In this document: positions 36,689-50,319 of the stretch, piece after piece | Layout: each line of letters starts with the position of its first letter | Position numbering within the stretch: the stretch's first letter is position 1 | NCBI RefSeq assembly: GCF_006345805.1 | Contig: NW_021831285.1 | Coordinates: forward strand, 62,001-126,000 | Direction of reading: 5' to 3' | DNA length: 64,000 bases | Origin: Octopus sinensis | Taxonomy: Eukaryota | Translations under genes and position numbers: made by a program | The notes under the pieces: model-generated | Databases searched by the model: none | Seen by the model: only the letters and a program-made list of their open reading frames with translations | What the model was told of the DNA's origin: nothing

Positions 36689-37635
36689 TGTCCGGCCACA
36701 ACTGTTACTCCGCCAGATGTGTTACACCAACATCAAATTGTCAAGTTGGAAAAAACTTAAAACATGAATCCTTGGTATATTTCTATGAAATCAAAAAACT
36801 TATAATTTTTAAAAATATTGATGTTTTTTTAAATTACAAATACACGTTAAAATGCGTTAGTGCAGTAACAAAGGAAGACTTAGAATTACTTAAGGAACTT
36901 AAGAGCAATCCTGAGCTCGTATTCGTCAGCAGACGCTTTCGCGGATGCAAGATCAAGACTACTGAAATTAGCAAATAAATTTGATTTTTTGGATTGAGCT
37001 CCATATATCACTAAAGATGGACTTAAATTAAGATTTTTCTGAGAGAAGAAAATGGAAGTATGACGAGGCTACTTTTAGGTAGGAGAGATAGTAATCTTAA
37101 GTATTTGGGATGTATAAACATGTAATTTAGGCAAGATAATGACGCTAACAAACGACAATATCCACTTTATGATGGATTAGAGATCGTGAAATACACAATT
37201 GTGGCAAAAGACGATTTTGTAGTAACAATACAAAGTGAGACAGGTGACATGTATGAGAAAATACATGTTTCACGCTAATTAAATTGGGGAATGATCCTTC
37301 TTTTTTGTGATTCCTTGATAGAAAACGTTTTAAACTAATAAGAGGCTTTTAAAATTTTTTTTATTAAAAAAAAAGAATAATTATTTAATAAAAAAAAGAT
37401 ATGGATAAGCCAAAATTAAATAATTGCTAAATAATTTAAAACTCATATTTTACACGGTATGTTGGTTTTTGGGAAAAAATTCATGTTTCAGTCCAAATTT
37501 TTTCTATTCAGAAAAGCATATTTTGCGAACAATTAGGTATGCTTGTATTAATTTTTAATTTTAAAAGTTTTTATTTCTATTTATATGAATTTTTATGTAA
37601 CATATCTGGCGGAGTAACAGTTGTGGCCTGTGACA
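36689..37635. mobile_element. 947-bp TIR element with TG..CA ends and 5-bp TSD
   Basis: About 38-bp TIRs (TGTC[A]C[A]GGCCACAACTGTTACTCCGCCAGAT); TTAAA at 36684-36688 and 37636-37640. Confidence 0.85.
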
Positions 37636-38800
37636 TTAAATCATAAGAAAACATCATTGTAAACACTCCCTCATCTAAAATATTTCTCAATCAAATAGAT
37701 AACAAATATGTGCTATAAACGCAGAGAATTTGCATGCATTTGGGAAATGAACATGATCAGCAATTTATAAAATCCTTTCTCTAAAAAGAATTAGATTTCA
37801 AGATCATAAATAGTCCTGTTGGTGGTGCACGGATGCCATCATTTAATAAAGATGGAAATCTATTAACTCTATTAAGTAGATAAACTTTTGTTGGGCACAA
37901 ACCCCAAACTAATTAAATGTTAGTAAGAAAGTCAAAAGTGAAGACGGGTCTGCATCTTTTTAATGGGTTAGTTATCAAAGACATCGTATGTTTCTACCTC
38001 GCTCCTACCCCAGATTACATCACACATTTTCGATTCTTCATGTTTTTCTTTCAAATGTTTCGTCAAGGCCTGAATTCAGATCAAGAACTTATACGAGTAA
38101 AGTAGCGACCTTAGCATACCAGCTGCTTTATCGCCCTCCGTCTCTATATTCGCTGAAATATCCATAAGATCAGAAATGATCCGGTTAGTCACCATAAGTA
38201 TGTCAGAGTGGTCCACGGATGTCATCATTTCATAAAAAAATATTAACTCTATTAGTAAATTGGTGCTCAGAATTTAAATAAAATCATATTATAGATTCAA
38301 ATAGTGGTGCATATATCATCATTGCTTTAAAAAAACAATTAAATAGATAACAAACTAAAGTGAATAAACTAGATAGCGTTGTTGTTGTTGTTGCATAACC
38401 CCGGTCTCACATTAGGGTATGAGACCGGCGGCTAGCAGAAACAACAGCGCCTTCGCGGGTTGCTCCCAAAGGACCTCGGGGGAGTGGACAGCAAATTTCC
38501 TGCGGACAGGGAGGAGAACAGGGCAGCGGAAAAGGTGGTCAGTTGAGTGATCTTCGGCACAGCAGAGGTTGCATACCGGGGAGATCACGGCGTTCAATGA
38601 GTGAGCGTAGGAGTTAGTGAGTGGTGGTGGCCCGAGCGGAAACGAGCAAGGTTGATCTTCGGAACGCTCCAGAAGCAATTCGGAGGGGTGAACTTCCGGA
38701 GGGAGTTTGTTGAGGACAGAGTTAGGCTTCAGCCTTAGAATGGACGACGTTGAAGTGAAGTCGTGGATTTTTTTCATTGGCTGTGAACATTGGTTTAGGC

Positions 38801-39984
38801 CAGAGGTTTCCAAATGGGGAGGCGCGCCTCCCTAGGGAGGCGTTGACTCGTGTCAAGGGAGGCGCGAAAAGTATTTCAGAAACATTTTTAGAAAATTATA
38901 TCTATGTAAAAAACGTGACTATATTCCGATAATAAGAGTTATAATTTAAAAATTATATTTTTTCAAAAATTTATTTAATTTATTAGACAATTAAATAATT
39001 TTAACACATGAATAAATTCTTGAGTGGTTGCAAAAGAAAATTCACGAATAATAAAGATTTTGACGATGGTTCAAAAATCAAAATGATTGGAATATAATCA
39101 ATACCACTGATTAGAAGGGTGTTTGAACTCAAAGATCAAGTTGCAGATTTTCTTGATGAAAATGATATTGAAGATGCAAAGTTGTTCAGGGATGATGACT
39201 TTATTGTCAAATTTGCCTATTTAGTTGACATTTTTGGGAATTGAGTATATTGATAAATCAATGCAGGGACCACAACTACATTTATTCTCTCAAAAGGACA
39301 AAATAAAAGCATTTATGAAAAAATTGGTATTATGGAAATCAAATATACAAAAAAATATCTATGACATGTTTCCACTTTTAAACACCTTTTGCGCCATAGT
39401 GAACATTGAAGCAAACAAAGACATATTTGCTGAACATTTGGATTGTTTGTTGAAGCATTTTGCTCACTATTTTAAAGATCTCGACTGTAAAATGTTCGAA
39501 TGGATACAGAATCCATTTATTGATGAAGAAGATAATCAATTTGCATTGACAACTTTTGAAAAAGAAAAATTGATAGAATTGTCATGCGATACATTATTGA
39601 AACAAAAATTTGAGAGGAACCGCTAATTTCTTTTTGGTTGAATGTAAGAACGGAATATGAAATTTTGTCGAATAAAGCAATGAAAGTTTTGTTGCCATTT
39701 GCTACTTCATATTTATGCGAAACTGGATTTTCTGCACTAGCTGCAATTAAATCTAAATATCGAACTCGTTTAGTAGTGACTAATGAGCTAAGAGTAGCAC
39801 TCTCTGCGATGACACCAAGATTGAAAAACTTTGCGCCAAGATGGAAAAAAATTATCTCATTAACTTTTTGTTTTAAAAAATGTTTTTGATAAAATAATAA
39901 TTGTATTATATTATGGAATATAAAGGGAGCGCAAGATTGTACTTTTTCTCTAAGGAGGCGCGTAAAAAAAAGCTTGGAAACCTG
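38801..39984 (+). mobile_element. Non-autonomous hAT/Buster inserted into the LINE ORF
   Basis: TIRs CAGAGGTTTCCAA / TTGGAAACCTG; TSD GTTTAGGC at 38793-38800 and 39985-39992; transposase C-terminal half (LPFATSYLCETGFS). Confidence 0.92.
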
Positions 39985-42712
39985 GTTTAGGCCATTGATT
40001 TTGGCAAGTACCCGGGAGTATAGTTTGGCAGGCGTGTTCTTCAAAGCACGGCCGTTGTCATTTAGCGTGTTTAGGGCAGTGCAAGGGTGGTAGAATTTTC
40101 GCGAAGCGAATAGGAATTGTGCTCCTCTCATGTTGAGATGTTCCTCTATCGGGAGGAGGTTGGTTTCACAGTGCAGATGGTCGATGGGTGTTGATTTCAG
40201 GCACCCGGATATGATGCGCATGGCTTGGTTTTGAATTGATTGGAGAGCCAAAGAGGAGCTCATAGATAGACAGGGAGCCCAACTCGGACTCGCGTAGCTT
40301 AGGACAGGGCGAATGTATTGTTTATACACACGTTTGAGAAGTGGTTTCTGCGCACCAGTGATGTGACCACTTATTGCTTTCAGGATATTTGTACGCCTGT
40401 TAGCCTTGCCAGAGATCTTCGAGACATGTTTGTTGAAGGACATCGTTGGGTCGAAGGTTAGTCCGAGAACAGTGGGGTGTTTTGATAGTGGGAGAACAGA
40501 GCCAAAGAGAGATAGGATGGGATGTATGTTTGATTGTCTTCTGTCGGAAGATAATAGGGTGACCGAGGACTTGGAGGACGAGGCCTCGAGCCTGTTTTCT
40601 CTGAGCCAATTCTCAACGGAGTGGAGTTGTTGCTGAAGGTTGAAGGAGGCAGCTTTGTAGTCTTCGTGTTTTGAGGCAATAATAATGTCGTCAGCGTAAG
40701 ATAGTGTCAAGTTGTTAGGGTCGTTTGCCGGGAAGTCATGCAAGTAAAGATTGAACAGGGACGGAGACAGCACGGAGCCCTGCGGTACCCCATTTGGAAG
40801 ATAGCGTTGTTTGGAACAATGGTCCATGAGGGAGACGTAGCCCATGCGGCCCGATAAGAAGTTAGCAAGCCAGGATTTGTAGTTTGAGTCTAGGCCGGTC
40901 GTGAGAATTTTCTTGGTGAGACCGCAACGGGGGACGCTGTCAAAAGCTTTAGATATGTCGATGGAAGCTAGAACTGTTCGTTTAGGGGGCCTCTTCTCAT
41001 TGAAGCCGTCCAGGACGAACTGGGAAAGCGTTGTTAAGTGAGTGGTTGTTGAGTGCAGTGGTTTGAAGCCATGTTGGGTGTGGGATGTTGGTAAGTGCTT
41101 CGAGACTCGTGAAAGGATTAGTCTTTCGAGGATTTTAGATAGCGTGCACAAAAGAGAGATTGGGCGGTATGAGCTTGGAATGCCAGCCGGTTTGTTCGGT
41201 TTGATTAACGGGATGATACGTGATTTTTTCCAAAGAGATGGAATTTCGTTTTTTACAACGGAATTGTTGAAAATAGACACTATAGCGTTGATGGCGTTAG
41301 GGCCAAGTCTTTTAAGGTGGTGGATAGAAATGTTGTCAGGCCCCGTGGCGGGGGAATTCTTCGAGTTTTTTATACACTGCGAAACTTCGTCTGCAGTGAA
41401 AGGCGGTAAGGATTCCGTGCGAGGTAAGCTCCTCCGAGATTTGGCGACCTTCCGATCGTTTTTGTTTGAGGTTTTGTGGCTTAAGGAGGCGTAGTAGTTC
41501 ATGAGCGAGTTTGCCTCCTGAACCGGATTCAGTGGGATGTTTGAGTTAGAAGTGGCAGATTCATGGGACTTGGGCTTTTCATAAATCAGATCATTCATGT
41601 CCTTCAGGGTCTTCCAGATTTTGGAGCTGTTAGATCTGTAGTCGATTGAGGTGATAAATTCGGTCCACTTAGAATCTGCGTGCAGGTTAATGGCAGCGGT
41701 GATTTGTTTGTTTAGGTTAGCCAATTCAATGGAGGACTCGGCAGAGTGCCTTGATGTCTGTTTCAGCTTGTTGCGAGTCTTTATGAGGGATTTCACTTCG
41801 TGGCTGTAATTAGGGCGGAACTTTTCAATTTTTCCTTGGGGGATGAATTTTTTGGCGGTGGAAATGATGAGAGCATTAAGGTGATTGACTGCTGCATCAG
41901 TCGAGCGAAAGCTGTTGATGTTGAAATCGTTCAGAGAGTTTTCTAGGGCAAGGCGGTATTCGTCCCAGGAAGCTCTTTTGTAGTTAGTATAACAGCGGCG
42001 TTGTAGGTCAATGTTAGATTTTAGAGCATTCTCGATTATGATTGGGTTATGGTCACTGGTTAGGTCATAAACCACCTTCCAGGCGGTAACGGAGGCCAGA
42101 ATAGGAGTACACAGTGAGATGTCGGGAGAGGAGATTGCGTCGCCATATCTTGACGGGGTTCTGGTATGGGATGAGGAGTTGTTGAGAATGACCAGACCGT
42201 CAAGTTGATCAAGTATAAGAGTTCCTCTTGAGTTGAGGCATTGATTTTTTAGCCAAATCGGGCTCTTTGCGTTCATATCGCCGCAGATAAAGACATTACT
42301 GAGGGACTGGAGGTTTTGTATTGAGGGGTCCAACCGTGAGGACAGGATGAACACGGAGGGATGTACATGTTGATCAGCCTTCTGGTTGAGCGCCCTGTAG
42401 AGACCGTTATAGCCGTCAGCTCAATTACAGGGTCGTTATCGATTAGTGTGTAAGCTTGTGATGTACAGTTAGAGAAAGGGATTGATTTTCTGATAAGGTT
42501 AAAAGGCCCCCGCCATTTACGGAGTTCGGTCTGTCTCGCCGGATGTATGAGTAACCCGGGAAATCGGGCAGGCGGTTTTTGGGCGAGAGCTTCGTTTCCT
42601 GCACCAAAGCAATGTCCACGTCGTACTTCTCCATGAAGGAACAGAGTTCAGTGGTCTTGTGGGCGATCCCATTAATGTTTACTTGCAGGATACGAAGTAG
42701 GTTCTTCCTGGC

Positions 42713-42790
42713 GGGTCCAGGGTTTTGTTCGATGTCTCCGGAGAGGAGAAGGGCGAGTTGGGAGTGTAAAAGAGAGGTCCTTGGGAGCAG
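42713..42790 (-). other. 2A-like StopGo (ribosome skipping) peptide
   Basis: ..TSLLHSQLALLLSGDIEQNPG|P in frame with the APE domain; core DIEQNPGP at 42736-42713. Confidence 0.88.
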
Positions 42791-42857
42791 CGGCTTCGCG
42801 CCTGCTCTGCTGCCACCGACGTCACGGAAGGTATCCGATCCGACAGGGGGGGGGGGT

Positions 42858-42932
42858 TGTGGGTCTTTTGGTAGTTAATTCCATGAGAAACTATCATTTG
42901 CCACCACGAGAAGGTGACCCACATCGACAAAC
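42858..42932 (-). ncRNA. HDV-like self-cleaving ribozyme at the LINE 5' end
   Basis: GUUUGUC GA UGUGGGUC ACC UUCUCGU GGU GGCAAAU GA UAGUU..AACUA C CAAAA GACCCACA: P1 7 bp with G1-U37 wobble, P2 8 bp, P3 3 bp, L3 UUCUCGU, P1.1 (U22-A39, C23-G38), P4, J4/2 CAAAA. Confidence 0.9.
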
Positions 42933-43299
42933 AAATAGCGTGATTAATACTAGATAGCGTGATTAATATTATAAATAAAATTGAACTAATTCATATTTCT
43001 AATTTAATTATTTTTATTCAAATTTCAGCTTTTTACCAGTAGACTTGAATTATTTTTAAAAAATAATAGTTTTGTTGTTTCTTAACGAGAATCCTCAATA
43101 CTTTTTTCTTGCAGCAACTCGATTTTTTAACTCCTCAATATTCAATTTAATATAATTGTTGCTTTCTGAATAAAAAGTTAGTGGACTCAATATCACTCGG
43201 AACATCAACAAGTGGAGAATATCGATTCCATATTCTCTTTAATTCATTAACAAGTCCTTCATTTTATATATATTCCTTTACTCTTCATAACCACGGAAG

Positions 43300-44690
43300 A
43301 GACGTTCGAAGCAATCAGAGGTTGCATGAACAACGCTCCTGGACTTGACTTCATCCCTATGGAGGTGTTCAAGAAGGCACCCGGATGCTTGCTTCGTATT
43401 CTGGTAAAACTATTCAATGCCAGTTGGGACAATGGTCACGTCCCATCTAGCTGGAAACGAACAATCGTCCGAATGATCCCAAAACCTGGAAAACCAAATA
43501 CGCAGGCAGGAAGTTATAGGCCAATTAGCCTTATCTGCACAACGTCGAAGATAATGGAAAGAATTATTTTCAATCGTTTATCGGCTTACGTGGAACAAAA
43601 TAATATACTCGCGGAAGAACAGTGGGGTTTTAGACCTGGTCGATCAACCGGTCACTGTTTCTCGCTTCTTGAGAAAGAACTGTCTCGGGCCAAACTGCAT
43701 AAAGCCTTCCTAACGGCGGTCTGCTTGGACGTCTGCAAGGCCTTTGACAGTGTCTGGCACTTGGGGTTGCTAGATAAAGTAGCGGAGTTGGGTGCTGGGC
43801 GAAAAACTGTCAGATGGCTAAAGGGCTTCTTGTGCGAGAGAAAATCGTTCATTCGTTGTGGAAATCTGTTATCGAAGGCCGTGAATCTGAGGAGAGGTGT
43901 TTTTCAGGGATCGGTTCTCAGCCCCTTGCTCTTCAATATATTTCTGGCCGACGTCCCGAAACCACATTTTCCTACGAGCAGACTAATTATCTACGCGGAC
44001 GATATCTTGGTTACGGATGTCTCGAAGTGGGGACCCCGACACAGAAGAAGGTTGTCCTGGAGCAGACTAGAACCGTACTTGGAGGAACTTGAAATCTGGT
44101 GCAATGGTAAAGGCTTGAATCTCGCTCGGGACAAAAGTACCATTTGTTGGATTTCAATGGGTCGTGACAAAAAACCGACTTTCGAGGATTATGGGAACCT
44201 GATTATATCGAAGAACCTACGTTACCTGGGAGTAACTATAGACCCCACCGGGTCATACAAACCCCATGTGCATGCAAAGCGGAAACAAGGAGCGAAAATC
44301 CTAAAAGGACTGAGGCGTTTTTGTCTAAGCGCAGAAACGTTTCTACACATCTACCAGACTTGTGTTCAGCCACTAATAATCTATGGTTTGGAGGGCTGGT
44401 ACCAAACTGATGAAAGGGACCATCTAATCGCCAAACTCGAAAAAACCAGACGATTTGCCATCAAACTGGCATTCGGCCTGGAGCTCAGCAGTCCGCTGGA
44501 AGACCTGCATGAGCGGAGTGTTGACACGATAGACGCGATCCTGGCAAAAACTCGAATTCGCTGAGGGAGATAAGATAGTCTCCCGGGGCAAAACCGAAGT
44601 TGAGACCTTCGTGGCTCTCGTTATCAAGCCCCCTAAGCTCTAATTCCTCGGCCACTTTTCTTTTGGAGCTATTGTATTAAATAAACCATA
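43300..44690 (+). mobile_element. Jockey/I-group-like LINE, 5'-truncated, open RT ORF (43326-44564)
   Basis: APGLDFIP, YRPISLICTTSKIMER, QWGFR, CLDVCKAFDSVWH, QGSVLSPLLFNIF, YADD, LRYLGV. Confidence 0.92.
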
Positions 44691-44722
44691 TTCTCTTCTC
44701 TTTTCTCTTCAAATCAATATGG

Positions 44723-46020
<1,298 letters not shown>

Positions 46021-46689
46021 CAATATGGTTTCCCATTTTAGCGAATTACGTATTTCCAAATACTTTGGGAAAATGTTTCACGTAAAGTTTTTTATATCTG
46101 CCAACTCTCATATCCGTTACCACCTGATAACCGCCATAAAATATATTTCAAATGGAAAAATTCTGATATCGTTATTATTTTTATAGCCAATGCAACTAAT
46201 CATACAGAAGAAGAAATTTCTTTAAAAAGAATCCAATAAAAATGATAATTTTGATGAAGATTTATACAAAAGACAAACTCGAGGATTTAACAGCAGATTA
46301 GCATGTTGATAAGGTTTTTCTGGCTGAAATCATATACAGTAAATATCGGTTAATTGCTTAACATTTGTCAACGAAAAATCTTATACAATTAACCTATATA
46401 TGCAATTATCCGATATTTTAATAAAGGCAGAAAAGACAATAATCAAAAACGTTTAAAAAAGCATTAATTTTAGACTGCCTAGTCCTCTGGCAAAGGCGTA
46501 GGACGCTCTTTTCTAGTTAATAAAAGTTGTCCATATCTATTTTACGTGTTAAATAGCTGTTAGTTTGTTAAATAGCGACGCTGAAACCCTTTAGCATATT
46601 ACTAAAATACTACTAAATACATTTTAAATATCAAACAATAGTAAATATATTTTTCAAATGGTTTAAACTGGTTGTTTTTACGAGTATCT

Positions 46690-47555
46690 GGAGAAAGCGT
46701 AAAAAAGTCGGATCACTGCTAAAGATGTCACCCATAATAAGATACTATCAATTGCTGCGTATAACAAACTCTTAAACAACTGGCATCTACGAAAGCCTTC
46801 CGTTATGCAAAAACCCCACTATCTTCGGACTTACCTTCGATTCAACTATGTCTTTCAACAAATATGTCTCAAACATTTCTGACAAGGCAAACATCTTAAA
46901 AACAATAAGTGGTCACATTGCTGGTACCCAGAAGGCACTCCTCAAACGAGTTTACAAATAATACACTGTGAAAAAACTTTTTGTCGATTGAAGAACATTT
47001 AAATATGAGAGAAGAAAAATTCCTATTTTTATCGCGAAATTAATATCATCCTTGTTCTACTCTAAATGTGTTAAATAGAAATGGTTGTTCACACAGAATA
47101 CGCCGGCGACTCTATATTTCTGGATCTAAAATTTATGGCCTACATCGTTGTTCACATCCAATTAAAAGAATTTATGATTCCATCACAACGTCAGCAATTC
47201 TCACGCTGACGCTTAACACGTTCCTCAATAAACTCCCACTGGATGTACACCCTTCAAAATGCTTTTTGACCGTTCCGCTCAGATAAACTTTCCTCGTTTC
47301 CGCTCTCCCCATCACCACTCATTAAACCACTATGCAAACAAAATGGACATCTCGATCTCCCCCTTCTGTAACATTTGCTGTACTGACTAACACTCCACTG
47401 CGCATCTATTCCTCTGTCCTGGTCTTCTTTTACTCCGCGAAAAATTTGATAGTGACTTCACCGAGATCCTATGGGAGCAACCTGGAAAGGCGCTGTTGTT
47501 TCTGCTAGCTGCTGGTCTCATAATCTAAAGTGAGATCGGGGTTACGCAACAATAA
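46690..47555 (+). mobile_element. 5'-truncated degenerate copy of the ingi/Vingi-like LINE
   Basis: Collinear with the 3' part of the 38380-42932 element (GLTFD..MSF, VHPS, HLFLCP, LLFLLAAGLI) ending GGGGTTACGCAACAA. Confidence 0.8.
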
Positions 47556-48315
47556 TTCAAATTTTGAGGTTCTTTAATAGTCGACTTGAATTTGTGATAA
47601 TAAAAATAGTATTATTTTAACGGGAATTCTCGCGCTTTTCTTCACCAACTCCATTCTTTTCTAACCTCACTATATTTTATGTAATGATGAAAATATTTTG
47701 TTTGATTTCAAGTATGAACAAGATTGAATTAAAACATTTAGGCAAATGATAATCAAGAAACTACTGTTATTGTGAGTCATATTGCACTAAAATACGTTCA
47801 AAAATTAAATCAATCGAATAAGTTCTAAAACTTGGTTTCGGAAAAGTGAATTGATTTCAGGATCGCTTCATCTGATCCACTCAGCGTGGAATTCTGAATA
47901 AGTTTGAATGATTTTTTGATCATCTGTATTTCAGAGATCTTTTAATCTTTTGGTACATGTCTTTTTAAAAATATGCATATAAATTTTGTCCTGCTATTCC
48001 GCATTGTCTTTGCCAGACGCCATCGTCCAATCACAGCAACGATTTTAAAACTGGAATCACGGACAAAAAAGATATGTTTATTGCAAAAGAAAAAAAGAAA
48101 ACGCCAAGAAATTTAAATGAACAACCATTTCGAGACGACTAGAATTTCCAGCTGAATACTACTAAAATGGAGACTTTGAGGGCCTACGTGTGGAAAGATT
48201 TCATGTTAGATAAAGTCTAGTTTTATAACTCAAATTAACTATTCTAATAAGCCATCAAAATATAAACCAAAAAAATCTATTTTAGAGGAACCGTAAACCC
48301 ATATAACCCAGAAAG

Positions 48316-49986
48316 TTAAAGCTCATCAGAAATTCCCTTCAAGAGTCCATCAGTGGAATGTGCTTCCAAAAAGGTCATGAAGGATTTCAAATCTCGCTCA
48401 GCCTAAAACCTGATTCAAAATCCACTACTTGATACTGAATTGGATTTCTCATGTCATTCCGAGACTTGTAGTAAAACGTGGGAAACCTAAAAAATCAGAC
48501 CCAACACCAACCCCGAGACAAGATAGGGTGCGGGAACGTCATTCGCCGTGGCATCCATTCTGGCAATAACGACAGAATCATTATCCTTCAACTGCCAAAT
48601 GACACAAGGGACTAACTCTGGTGGCCAGTTCTTCGTAGATTGGAACTACAGACTTACAATGCCCACACCAAGGTGCATAAAACTCAATAAGCACATCCTT
48701 GTCCTGATTTACCACCTCATCAAAGTTAAGAGCCACCACTTCCTGAAATAATAACAAACACAAACCCTAAGTCCCGGGACCTTGTCGGAGACGGGGATTG
48801 GCTGAGATTTGACATATGGCTTTAAATTTCCTGCCAGAAAATCGTTGACGAATTTAGTAATGTTAACGGCACTAAAGACTTCGGTCATCAAATATTTGTC
48901 TCCGTTATTAGTGTGGACAAGCACAGCCACGGAATACTCGTCGGGGAGACTCAGCTCGTGTCTGAACTCGGCAATGTCAGCGAAACTGCAGGAAATGTGA
49001 TCTTTCAGTCCATTCTGAAACATGACCTTAAATAATCTAGAGATTAAAAGGAATAGCACGACCTATTTCTATAATAATTCATCATTTTAAGACTGTTGAC
49101 CAAATCCATTGAAAAATAGGCGGTTAGAACAGGCATTTCGAACAAATGTCGATTCTTCATAGTCTTATGTCCACACAGTCCAAGACTACGCTTAATTAAT
49201 AACAAAAAACAGCGAATTTTTGAGCCACTTCTCCAAAGAATCTCCGTCAGCAGTAAACACATATTCGGAAGGTTCGAAAGCGGTTGAGTATATGTGAGAC
49301 CTCGAAAATACAATTCCACTAAAAATTGACTAAAAAAGTACAAACGAATCACGATTTGCATATTCACAAACATTTTTATTTTTTATGTAATAAAATCGAA
49401 TGTATCTGGTCAACTCCGAGCGGGAAGCGTCCAAAAACTCGTCCAAATTTCCATCGCTGCAAACAAAACCTAAAAATAAAAAATTTCCCCAAACCAAAGA
49501 CCCTAGTAACATCCGGATTGTTGGCCGTTATATATTCCGCGATTTCCGTTAATTCTGTGACAGGGGGAAGAGTGTTCTCGGTAATCCAATCTAAAAAGGC
49601 CCGATCTGTTCGGGCACCGTCATAGTTTTGTAGTTTTTCCCCATTTTTGAAATGTATTATGGTGGGGTACCCCTGTACATTTTGTTTCTGGCAAATATCG
49701 GTCTCTGTTGTGCAATCGACCTGGAACATGAATGTTTTGGATAACCAAAGCAAGTCGAGCGGGGAGACCATTGGAGATCACATCTTCCCCCACTTTAAAA
49801 AAGGTTGGCTTGAAATTTTTGCAGTGTCCACACCTTAAGGGTGAGTTAGACGATTATCTACCAGGGGGCGTAGAACATGATTATAGAGTTGGGGTTATCA
49901 CTTAGAAATTTGTCGAATTTTTGCTTTTTAAGGTCCGGAACTGAGGCAGAAATAAATGATAGCAAAAATGCAAACAGAAAAGGCAT
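48316..49986 (-). CDS. PDIA3: Protein disulfide isomerase, ERp57/PDIA3-like, about 10 micro-introns
   Basis: Signal peptide [14 protein letters not shown]; two WCGHC sites; GYPTI and GFPTF; C-terminal SDEL*; introns 20-28 nt (e.g. 49834-49861, 49721-49745, 49470-49494, 49319-49345). Confidence 0.88.
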
Positions 49987-50319
49987 GATACGTGGCACAA
50001 TGTGGTACAATCTATTTTTATTCTCCTTATTGTCAAATAGAATATTATTTATAATTAGAATTTAATAATATTAATTTTTAACAATCTCAAAAACATTTTA
50101 TGTTTAAATTTTTGTTTCGTTGAGAGAGATTATTTGTTGTCCCTTTTGAGTGATAATAAGTACAGTGAATACTTCTAAATTCCCCATGTTGGGTCCCGCC
50201 ATTTATTGCGGCAAATTCGAGAAATGGCAAATTTCATAATATAATCAATAATTTTTCGAGTATGAGCTATGTCAAAGATAGAGCCCGGCATAGTAAATTA
50301 TTCTGAACAAACAAGATCC

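Larger units (their letters stand above)
38380..42932 (-). mobile_element. Full-length ingi/Vingi-like LINE: HDV-like ribozyme, 2A, APE, RT, CCHC finger, (CAA)n tail; interrupted by a hAT
   Basis: ILQVNINGI, VQETKL, GDMNAKS, LTSDHNPI (APE); YRPISLL, DISKAFDSV, GVPQGSVLSPSLFNLY, YADD (RT); C-x2-C..HLFRC; tail at 38380-38393; 12-bp TSD ACTAGATAGCGT at 38368-38379 and 42949-42960; clade name is inferred. Confidence 0.88.

Noticed and set aside
39517-39990. C-terminal part of the 945-aa ORF as part of the LINE protein
   Set aside because: It reads through the antisense strand of the inserted hAT; the real C-terminus resumes left of 38793
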